Virus record (IMG/VR): IMGVR_UViG_3300030012_005163
Coordinates: 1-64,000 of that record
Direction: 5' to 3' (one strand)
From: a virus
DNA: 64,000 nt
The position numbers and the translations under genes are program-made. This document shows positions 46,584 through 56,100 of this stretch, piece after piece (position 1 is the first letter of the stretch; the number at the start of each line of letters is the position of its first letter). The notes beneath the pieces were generated by a model. It did not search any database. It worked only from the letters and a program-made list of their open reading frames with translations, and was not told the origin of the DNA.

Positions 46584-49500
46584 TGAAAATAAATGGTAAA
46601 ATACAAATAGTTGGTGGTACACCCGGAGTTGATAGGTTATTAACATGTATAGATAGTAGTGGTAACGCAGAGTGGAAAACTTTAACAACCCCTAATGATG
46701 GTGATGATATAGTATCAGGACAAGTAACAAATAATATTTTAACCTTAACTAAAGAATCGGGTAACACAGTAGATATTAATTTAACTACTTTAACTGCAGA
46801 TTGTGGTGATTGTATCGGTAAATATGTGGACTCTATTAACATTGTAGACGATCCAGATACTGTTTGTAAACAAACGACTGTTAGTGTACAAGAAATTGTG
46901 GATTCAATAGAGACTGTTGTAGAAGTAGATCCTCTTACAATATCAAAAAGTGTCTCAGATTTTACTTTAACTAGATTTATTAATGAATGTCCATCGGGTT
47001 ATGATGTAGTTTATTCATCTACAACCACAGGATATTTTACAGAATCAACTGGTATAGGTTATAATGATTGGTGTCCTGATGGTTACACACATGATGAATT
47101 AGGTGACTACGGTAAACCCAATGGTAGTAAATGTTTTAAAGTAGTTACTAATACTACCCCCACTTGTCCTGCAGGATATACATTAGTAGGGAGTGGTGCA
47201 AATCAAATATGTGAAAAAATTACAACTGTTCCAGTTATAGATAATATGGATTTATCTGATCCTAATAATCCCGTACCCAAACCAGGATTTGTATTCGAAC
47301 CAATTACTAAAGGAAATAGTAACGCTGGTTATGGTGCAAATGGAGGATTGTTTATGGATATTGACCCATCAAACTCATACCCATTTGTTTATAGTGGTGG
47401 AACAGTCCCTCAACCATTTACATCTTCATCAAATAATTTATGGAAAGAAAGATTACATAGTTCAAATGATACTGGAACAAATAATGTAGGTATATGGGGT
47501 AACTACCCTAATGAAAATGTGGATGATCGTATATGGTTAGGATTTAACCATTGTATTGAAATTGCCGAAAGTAAAACATATGTTATTGGTATGGCGGCAG
47601 ATAATCTATGTAAATTAAGTGTTGATGGTCAACTTATTATTGAATTTACTGCAGTTAATGAAACCAGAAACTTTAAGCATTGGTGGTTATTTCCAGTTAC
47701 TTTGGATGCGGGAAAACACATTATCTCTATGGAAGGTTATGATAATGCACAAGTCGCATCTTTTGGTGCTGAAATTTATGATATGGATATGGCGACACTA
47801 AAAACTTATACTACTGAAGCGGAATTAGTGCCCACAATAATATTTTCAACTAAACCAAAACAAAATTCGTCACCCCCTAGTTATTTTGATATCAGTAATA
47901 ATCCTTCACATTTAAGATATGCTTGTCCATCAGGATTTCTTTTATCTGAATGTAGTAATGTTTTAGAATGTGTCAAAATTGAAAATGCCTCTCCAGGTCT
48001 TACTTCAATTGATGTTGTTGACACCAATCCTGAAATAGAAGTAAAATGTAGAAGTATTAATTATGAATGTCCACCTTGTCCTATAAACGATATTGTTAAA
48101 ACAAGTACATTAACAGATGCACAATGTTCTGAACAACAAAACGCTTATGAAAATCAAATAAAAGAAAAAGAAGCACAAGCATCCCAATTACAACAACAAA
48201 TAGATTCAATAGAAAGTCAAATAGAAAGTTTAAGTAATAATTCTTCAGAAATGGCAGAATCTGTAGAAGAAAGTAATGGACAAACAACAACATCAGATGG
48301 ACAAACAACAACATCAGCTGGAGAAGTATTAGGAGCATCACAAAATAAAGGTTCTACTAATACTACACCATTAAATCAGGGAGGTGTTACAGAAGTATCT
48401 GATGCAACAACCTCTAAAGATGTTGCAGATGATAGTAGTCCTACTATTAGTGAATTAACTACACAATTGAACTCATTATCACCACAATTATCTGATATAA
48501 ACGAAGAAATTTTAGATTTAAAAAACTTACTTAATACTTTAATAAAAGAGTGTGGTGGGTGTACTCATACAACAACTGGTGAACCTAGTGATGTATATTT
48601 AATAGGTGATCCTAACTATATAAACCCTAATCCAGTTCAGTGTGTATTTGAAGCACTTAATAATTTAGATACGGGTTGTTGTAAAAAAATAGAATTAACT
48701 TATAATGATGGTAGTACTACACATGTTAATATAAATGAATTATATAGTGACAATAATGATTATTCGTTAACATTAAATGATAATATACTAACATTTTCTA
48801 TGTCATCTTCTTGTAATAGTCATTTTGAAGATGTAACTGTAGATTTATCTTCATTAGGTGGGAATGGTGCAGGTGCAGACGGTGTAGGAGTAACTAGTAC
48901 CGTAGATAATGGAAATGGTACATTTACAATTAACTATAGTGATGGAACATCTTTTACTTCTAATGATTTAACAGGCCCGCAAGGACCTAAAGGTGATACA
49001 GGTGCTGCAGGTACTGATGGTAAAGATGGTACTAATGGTAGTAATGGTATACAAGGACCTAAAGGTGATAAAGGAGATACTGGAGCAGCAGGTGCTGATG
49101 GTAAAAATGGTAGTAATGGTGCACAAGGTATACAAGGACCTAAAGGTGATAAAGGTGATACTGGAGCGGCAGGTGCTGATGGTAAAAATGGCGCACAAGG
49201 TATACAAGGACCTAAAGGTGATACTGGAGCGGCAGGTGCTAACGGTAAAGATGGTATTAACGGTAACGATGGTGTTGGTGTGACTAGCACAGTAGATAAC
49301 GGAGATGGTACATTTACAATTAATTATAGTGATGGTAGTACCTTTACGACATCTAATTTAACTGGACCACAAGGACCTAAAGGTGATACCGGTGCTGATG
49401 GTAAAAATGGTAGTAATGGTGCACCAGGACCTAAAGGAGATCCTGGTAAAGATGGTGTTAATGGTAGTAATGGTACTGACGGAGTTGATGGTGTAGGTAT

Positions 49501-51079
49501 AACTAACACCATAGATAACGGAGATGGTACATTTACAATTAATTATAGTGATGGGACATCTTTTACTACATCTAATTTAACTGGCCCACAAGGACCTAAA
49601 GGAGATAGTGGTAATAATGGAACACCTGGTAATGATGGTAAAAATGGTACTAATGGTGTTGATGGTGTAGGGGTATCCAGCACTGTAGATAATGGAGATG
49701 GTACATTTACAATTAATTATAGTGATGGGACATCTTTTACTACATCTGATTTAACTGGACCTGCTGGACCTGCAGGTAGTAATGGATCCGGAAGTGATAA
49801 GTTTTTAGTAAGTGGGTCACTTATCGAAACAACCATACCTAGTGGTGGTGGAGTAAATAGTAAAACCCCTAGTGAAGAAGTTACTATGTTAAGATTAACT
49901 ATGTCTGATAGTACTAATATAGATGTTAATGTAACTGATTTAGTCGGTTCTGAAGGTGATAGTAATAGTAGTTCTTTATGGTTTGACAAACCTACAGGTA
50001 ATAACATTTATAGACATATTGGTAATGTAGGTATTGGGTTAGATTCACCTCAAAAAAGATTACATGTTAAAAGTGATAACGCAATTTTAAGATTAGAAAC
50101 AACAGAAAATGCGGGTGGTAATTTTATAGAGTTTACCGATAGCGCTGCAGTTAAAGGTGTTGTAGGTTACACAACAAAAACAGATGCATTAAATATTTGG
50201 AATCAAGAATCTACTAATGGTTCTATAAATTTAATTACTACTTCAGGTTTAGGTTTAACACTTCAAGGACAAAGTGTGGCTATTGGTGGTGTTGCACCAT
50301 TAGGAAACGAAAATTTAACTGTAAGAGGATCAAGTAGTATTTCAACAGGTTTTGGTGATACCGATCCACAATTATATTTGTTTAATGCGGATACTCATTC
50401 AGGTGGGGGTTACCATTCTGTTGATAGTACGGGTTATAAGATAGATTTATCATATCAAACAGGTGCAAATGCACCGTCAGGATGGACACATAAAGATATT
50501 AATCTTTCAATTAATGATAACATTAAGTTAAGTATTGACGGAGACAATGGTAAAGTAAGTGTTACTGATGATTTATATATTGGTGGTACTGTACAGATTA
50601 ATGGTGGTAATCCAGGTAGTGGTAAAGTATTAACTAGTGATGGTAGTGGTAATGCAACTTGGCAAACACCAACTAGTAGTGGTTCGGGTAGTGATTCATA
50701 TATAACAAATGTAACTTTAACGAGTGATTTATCAAATATGAATGTCTTAAGATTCACTCGTAATAATGGATTAAGTGATTTAAGTGTTAGTTTAAATTCA
50801 TTACAACATGATCCGGACGCAACTCATAATAGTAGAACAACGGTTACCACAACAACAAAAAATGAAACAGTAACTGTTACACATAATTTAAATAGATTTT
50901 ATCCTGTTTTTACAGTTTATCATGTTAATAGAGGAAAAGTTATTTTACCAGAAGCAGTAGGTATGGTTAATTCTACAGGTATGATACCGGCAAATGCAGT
51001 AACCGGTCCGCATCAATTACATCAAATAGATATGACATTTGCTGAACCAGGTATTTATATTATTTCATTTGTGGCATAA
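46583..51079 (+). CDS. Collagen-like fibre/appendage protein (1498 aa) with Cys-rich and PA14-like domains
   Basis: Gly-X-Y tracts (GPQGPKGDTG); CPxG[YF] motifs; AADN...VDGQLII...VTLDAGKHII PA14-like segment; coiled coil; GNVGIG fibre module. Confidence 0.75.
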   Translation: MKINGKIQIVGGTPGVDRLLTCIDSSGNAEWKTLTTPNDGDDIVSGQVTNNILTLTKESGNTVDINLTTLTADCGDCIGKYVDSINIVDDPDTVCKQTTVSVQEIVDSIETVVEVDPLTISKSVSDFTLTRFINECPSGYDVVYSSTTTGYFTESTGIGYNDWCPDGYTHDELGDYGKPNGSKCFKVVTNTTPTCPAGYTLVGSGANQICEKITTVPVIDNMDLSDPNNPVPKPGFVFEPITKGNSNAGYGANGGLFMDIDPSNSYPFVYSGGTVPQPFTSSSNNLWKERLHSSNDTGTNNVGIWGNYPNENVDDRIWLGFNHCIEIAESKTYVIGMAADNLCKLSVDGQLIIEFTAVNETRNFKHWWLFPVTLDAGKHIISMEGYDNAQVASFGAEIYDMDMATLKTYTTEAELVPTIIFSTKPKQNSSPPSYFDISNNPSHLRYACPSGFLLSECSNVLECVKIENASPGLTSIDVVDTNPEIEVKCRSINYECPPCPINDIVKTSTLTDAQCSEQQNAYENQIKEKEAQASQLQQQIDSIESQIESLSNNSSEMAESVEESNGQTTTSDGQTTTSAGEVLGASQNKGSTNTTPLNQGGVTEVSDATTSKDVADDSSPTISELTTQLNSLSPQLSDINEEILDLKNLLNTLIKECGGCTHTTTGEPSDVYLIGDPNYINPNPVQCVFEALNNLDTGCCKKIELTYNDGSTTHVNINELYSDNNDYSLTLNDNILTFSMSSSCNSHFEDVTVDLSSLGGNGAGADGVGVTSTVDNGNGTFTINYSDGTSFTSNDLTGPQGPKGDTGAAGTDGKDGTNGSNGIQGPKGDKGDTGAAGADGKNGSNGAQGIQGPKGDKGDTGAAGADGKNGAQGIQGPKGDTGAAGANGKDGINGNDGVGVTSTVDNGDGTFTINYSDGSTFTTSNLTGPQGPKGDTGADGKNGSNGAPGPKGDPGKDGVNGSNGTDGVDGVGITNTIDNGDGTFTINYSDGTSFTTSNLTGPQGPKGDSGNNGTPGNDGKNGTNGVDGVGVSSTVDNGDGTFTINYSDGTSFTTSDLTGPAGPAGSNGSGSDKFLVSGSLIETTIPSGGGVNSKTPSEEVTMLRLTMSDSTNIDVNVTDLVGSEGDSNSSSLWFDKPTGNNIYRHIGNVGIGLDSPQKRLHVKSDNAILRLETTENAGGNFIEFTDSAAVKGVVGYTTKTDALNIWNQESTNGSINLITTSGLGLTLQGQSVAIGGVAPLGNENLTVRGSSSISTGFGDTDPQLYLFNADTHSGGGYHSVDSTGYKIDLSYQTGANAPSGWTHKDINLSINDNIKLSIDGDNGKVSVTDDLYIGGTVQINGGNPGSGKVLTSDGSGNATWQTPTSSGSGSDSYITNVTLTSDLSNMNVLRFTRNNGLSDLSVSLNSLQHDPDATHNSRTTVTTTTKNETVTVTHNLNRFYPVFTVYHVNRGKVILPEAVGMVNSTGMIPANAVTGPHQLHQIDMTFAEPGIYIISFVA
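48880..49790 (+). repeat. Collagen Gly-X-Y tracts separated by four copies of GVG[VI][TS]xTxDNGxGTFTINYSDG[TS][ST]FTxxxLTGP
   Basis: Near-identical DNA copies start around 48880, 49270, 49492 and 49665. Confidence 0.9.
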
Positions 51080-51104
51080 ATTAAAATTTAATTGTTATTT
51101 CTTA

Positions 51105-51112
51105 ATATTTAT
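51105..51112 (+). promoter_or_regulatory. Candidate late promoter ATATTTAT
   Basis: 15 nt before ATG 51128. Confidence 0.6.
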
Positions 51113-51127
51113 TAATAAACTATATTA

Positions 51128-53107
51128 ATGAGTAATATTAACCAAAATAATTTCAATAATTGTATGAACTTACAATTAAGTAATTCCGATTATTGGGATT
51201 TATTTATTTGTAATGATTGTGGGTGTAGTCTAAATCATCAAGAGATATTAGATGAATGTGTCATTATCGATATAGACATTGATAATAATAAATGTATTAG
51301 TGGTGATTCACTATGTAGTTTAGTGGGTTGGACTGGTGATACGTGTTTTGAAAGATTATCATTACCCACCTCCGCACTGACATTAAATGATATTGGATTA
51401 ACAGGTATTGATAATGGTTTTATTTCTTATGATTGTACAGGATCTACTACAGGATCAACATTTATTGATGTTTATACTGGTTCGTCATTTACAATAACAT
51501 CCGCAGATACAAAATTTTGTTTTACTAGAGTTAGTGGGTGTACTTATACTTATCCCTATCAATTTATTACTTCTGGAAATACCGTAGGTAGATATGTAGA
51601 ATTATGTGGTGGTTTTTATCAAGGATTTTTTAAATTATCAGATAGAACATTTTTTAAAGATATTTCAAATAATATGTTCGTTTGGCCGATGGAGTGGTTT
51701 AATTGTCCACCACCTTGTGGAAGTGGATGTACTGGAACTACTTCTTGTGATTGTAATAATAGTAATCCACTTTTTATTCCCGGCTCAAATAATTGTAATT
51801 GTGGGAATAATAACTGTCAATTATGTGGAACAGTTTATGAAGAAGAATACGTTGGTGGGTGTGGTCCTTGGTGTAAGAATGGTGGTGGGTGTAAAGGATG
51901 TCCAGATCCTAGAAAAGCATATCAATGTTATCTACAAAAAAAACCTACACCATGGAATTATCAAATATTACCAACAAGATATGAAAGTGGATGGACTGCC
52001 GAATTTTGGATGAGAAGAAATAGTAAATCGTGTACAGGAGATACCGGTACAACAATAAATGCATTATACCCTAATAATGAAGGATTATTTTATTATATGG
52101 GGACAAGATCGGAAAATAAGTTTTGGGACGTATTTAGTGGTGAAACAGGATATACTACATCATCGGGATATCCATTACCCCCACCTAAAACTAGTAAGAA
52201 AGAATTACTAAATAATCCTTTTTTAGTTTATCAACCCACAGGAGAATGTTATTTTACTGGTGTTACCACTGTTGTAACAGATGAAAGAGATAAAAATGCT
52301 GATATAGTAAACAATGCATTAGGTTTTAGAATAAGAAAAGATGGTTCTATTGGATATCGTTCATTAGGTGTAAGTGGAGTATGTTCTGCAGTTACTTCTA
52401 CTACTGTTACAAGTTGTTGTGATAGTTGTAAATCTACTTGTAATTGTCAATTATGTGGTACTTATTATGCAAAAGAATATGTTGGTGGTTGTGGATCTTG
52501 GTGTGAAGACTGTAATGTTCCTATGTGTAAAAAAACTGGAACTACTGTACAAGAAAGATATATTACAGGTGTAACAGTTATAGAAGAATATTCTGAAGCA
52601 GGTATAATTCCTAATGATGAATGGTTTCAATTAGCAATTAGATTCTGTGCATACGAAACATATCTTTTTGATGAAATGGATAACATACCTAGACGAAAAG
52701 GTAGATTAGACTTTTTTGTTAATGGTTATCTTAAATATTCTATTGAAGATTTTGATGAATTTTTATTTAAAGATTTATATGAATATAGAGAAAAACAAGA
52801 GGGTGTACCATTTAATTACTCTTTAGGTGGTGGTACACAAGGATTATTAGAAACTAACACTATTGGTGGGCCCGATCCATTAGATGAAAATTTAATTATA
52901 CAAGAAAATTTTGCTGGTAGTTTCTTTGGTGATATATCTAAATTTAGGCTATATGAATGTTGTTTAGATATAACTACAATTAGATATAGATTTAAAAAAT
53001 ACTGTTTAAATTATGGAATTTGTCCACAAGAATTAATAGATTATCTCTTAACTGAGAATAGTAATATTATTTCTAGTGAAGATGGTGAAGATTTCTTAAT
53101 AGTATAA
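51128..53107 (+). CDS. Cys-rich virion-associated protein with LamG-like C-terminus (659 aa)
   Basis: Very high Cys content; GWTAEFWM, FFVNG and FFGDISKFRLY lectin-fold elements; late motif upstream. Confidence 0.6.
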   Translation: MSNINQNNFNNCMNLQLSNSDYWDLFICNDCGCSLNHQEILDECVIIDIDIDNNKCISGDSLCSLVGWTGDTCFERLSLPTSALTLNDIGLTGIDNGFISYDCTGSTTGSTFIDVYTGSSFTITSADTKFCFTRVSGCTYTYPYQFITSGNTVGRYVELCGGFYQGFFKLSDRTFFKDISNNMFVWPMEWFNCPPPCGSGCTGTTSCDCNNSNPLFIPGSNNCNCGNNNCQLCGTVYEEEYVGGCGPWCKNGGGCKGCPDPRKAYQCYLQKKPTPWNYQILPTRYESGWTAEFWMRRNSKSCTGDTGTTINALYPNNEGLFYYMGTRSENKFWDVFSGETGYTTSSGYPLPPPKTSKKELLNNPFLVYQPTGECYFTGVTTVVTDERDKNADIVNNALGFRIRKDGSIGYRSLGVSGVCSAVTSTTVTSCCDSCKSTCNCQLCGTYYAKEYVGGCGSWCEDCNVPMCKKTGTTVQERYITGVTVIEEYSEAGIIPNDEWFQLAIRFCAYETYLFDEMDNIPRRKGRLDFFVNGYLKYSIEDFDEFLFKDLYEYREKQEGVPFNYSLGGGTQGLLETNTIGGPDPLDENLIIQENFAGSFFGDISKFRLYECCLDITTIRYRFKKYCLNYGICPQELIDYLLTENSNIISSEDGEDFLIV

Positions 53108-53130
53108 AATGAATAATAAAGAATATTAAC

Positions 53131-53138
53131 ATATTTAT
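53131..53138 (+). promoter_or_regulatory. Candidate late promoter ATATTTAT
   Basis: 19 nt before ATG 53158. Confidence 0.6.
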
Positions 53139-53157
53139 ATAAAAAAAGAAAAATAAA

Positions 53158-56100
53158 ATGGGATTTCCTAAAAAAATAAGTCAATTACCTTTAAATTTAA
53201 ATTTAAAACCTGAAGATTTATTGGTAACCGTAAATGAGAGTGATGTAACAAGTAAAATAAAATTAGAACAATTAATTAGTTTTGTAACTGGTAGTACTAA
53301 TACTTTTGTAACTGGTGGTACATATAATGATGTAACCCAAAATATAGATTTTAGTGGTAGTAATGGTTTTCCACCTTTTAGTGTGAGTTTAACAGGAATC
53401 AGTACTAGTGATACATTCGTAACCGGTGCAACCTTAAATGGTTTTACCTTAGAGATTGATAGAAATAACGGTGAACCACAAATTACGGTAGATTTAAGTT
53501 CTTTAACTGGTGATACAGATACCAATACATTTGTTACTGGTACAACTTTAGTAGGTACTAACTATACTATTAATCAAAATAACGGATCATCCTTTACAAC
53601 AGACTTTAATCCCATAATTACTGGTAAAGTAGATACTACTACTTTCGATACTTATACTGCGGATACTCAAACAGAAATTAATAATAAATTAGATACAACT
53701 GTTTTTAATACTTATTCTGGACTAACTCAAACTGAAATTAACAATAAATTAGATACTAGTATATTCGACACATATACTGCAAATACTGTAGATAATAATA
53801 CTTTTATTACTGGTACAACGTTAGTTGGTACGGAGTATACTATAAATCAAAATAATGGTTCTGCATTTACTACCAATTTTAATCCCATTGTTAGTGGTTT
53901 TACAACGGGAAGTACACTACAAGAAGTTTTAGAAAATGGTTCTATTGCAGATTTAAAAACTGCCAATATAGATTTGGGGTCAAGCGTTTCTAATCCTGCT
54001 GCAGATGGATTTAGTAGACTTGAATTACAACAAAATGGATTTATCCAACTATCGTCAGAAAATGCTGCAGGTGATTTTGGATTTATAAGGATAAACGGTC
54101 AAACTGGGGAAGCACAGTTAAATCAGGGTGGACTAAAATATGGAACTGATTACTCAGCTACTTTTACTGATAGATCTTTAGTAGATAAAGAATATGTTGA
54201 TGATAATATTAGTAATAAATTAGATATTACTACTTTTGATACTTATACTGCTAATACTACAGATGATGTAGTTACTGGTGCAACTTTAGTAGGTGGAACA
54301 TTAGAATTAGAAAGAAATAATGGTTTATCTGATGTAACTGTGGACTTAAGTTCACTTAGTGGTGACACCAATACTTTTGTAACTGGTGCAACTTTAACTA
54401 ACACTACTTTAGATATAACAAGAAACGATGGTGTAGATATTAGTGTAGATTTATCTTCCATAGATAATAATGTTTTTGTTAATAGTGGAAACGCAAATGC
54501 AGGAACACAACAATTAACATTTACAAATACAACTGGTGGTACATTTAATGTCACCAATGCAGTGGCGTTGTTTAGTGATAATGATATTAATGTTACAGGA
54601 GGAACTTACAACCCAACAAATGGTTGTGTAACATTTAGTACAAATAGTGGGACTACGTTTGATATATGTGGTTTTGTTACTGGATTTACCGATGTATATG
54701 TAACTGGAAGTACATTAGTGGGTACAAACTATACTTTAACACGGACCGACAATACAACAATTACTACAGATTTTGATTCTATTGTAAGTGGTAAAGTAGA
54801 CACTACTACGTTTGAAAGTTATAGTGCTCTTACTCAAATGATAATTGATACTAAATTAGATAAATCTATTTTTAACACCTACACTGCAAATACTACTGAT
54901 GATGTAGTTACTGGTGCAACTTTAGTAGGGGCAACTTTAGAATTAGAGAGAAATAACGGACTAACTGACGTAACGGTGGATTTATCTCCATTAAGTGGTA
55001 TAAGTGAAAATACATTTATTTCTGCTACAACTTTAGTGGGAACAAATTATACACTAGAAAGAAATGATGGAGTAGATATTACAACAGATTTTAACCCTAT
55101 TATAAGTGGTAAAGTAGATACAATTTTATTTGATACTTACACCGCAAATACTACAGATAATGTTGTTACAGGAGCAACTTTAGTAGGTGGAACATTAGAA
55201 TTAGAAAGAAATAATGGATTAAGTGATGTTACTGTAGATTTAAGTTCACTTAGTGGTGATACTAATACTTTTGTAACTGGTGCAACTTTAACTAATACTA
55301 CTTTAGGTATTGAAAGAAATGATGGTGTTACAGTTAGTGTAAATTTAAGTTCTTTAACTGGTGATAGTGATACTAATACTTTTGTAACTGGTACTACATT
55401 AACAGGTAATGATTTAATAATAGAAAGAAATGATAATATAGATATTACCACAGACTTAACACCAATTATTAGTGGTAAAGTAGATACAACTTTATTTGAT
55501 ACATATACGGCAAATACTACAGATAATGTTGTTACAGGAGCAACATTAAATGGTTTCACATTAGAATTAGAGAGGAATAATGGACTAACTGATGTTACAG
55601 TAGACTTAAGTTCATTGACGGGTTCAGTAGATACTAATACTTTTGTAACTGGTACTACATTAACAGGTAATGATTTAATAATAGAAAGAAATGACGGAAT
55701 AGGTATTACTACGGATTTAACACCAGTTTTAAGCGGTAAAGTAAACACAACTTTATTTGATACTTACACCGCAAATACTACAGATAATGTTGTTACAGGA
55801 GCAACATTAAATGGTACTATATTAGAATTAGAAAGAAATAACGGATTAACGGATGTTACTGTAGATTTAAGTTCACTTAGTGGTGATACTAATACTTTTG
55901 TAACTGGTGCAACTTTAACTAACACTACTTTAGATATAACAAGAAACGATGGTGTTAATATACCCGTAAATTTAGGTTCATTAACTTTTACTGGTAATAC
56001 ATCAGGAACATGTATAAATGAACTATGGGTATCTAATATTTCTGGATGTAGTTCAGTAACTATTGGGACTGAATTAATTGTAAATGATTTTATGAGTGGT

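Noticed and set aside
39807-54685. Fibre repeat pairs as DGR template/variable regions
   Set aside because: Mismatches involve all four bases and are largely synonymous rather than adenine-specific; both copies are coding; no reverse transcriptase in the window.
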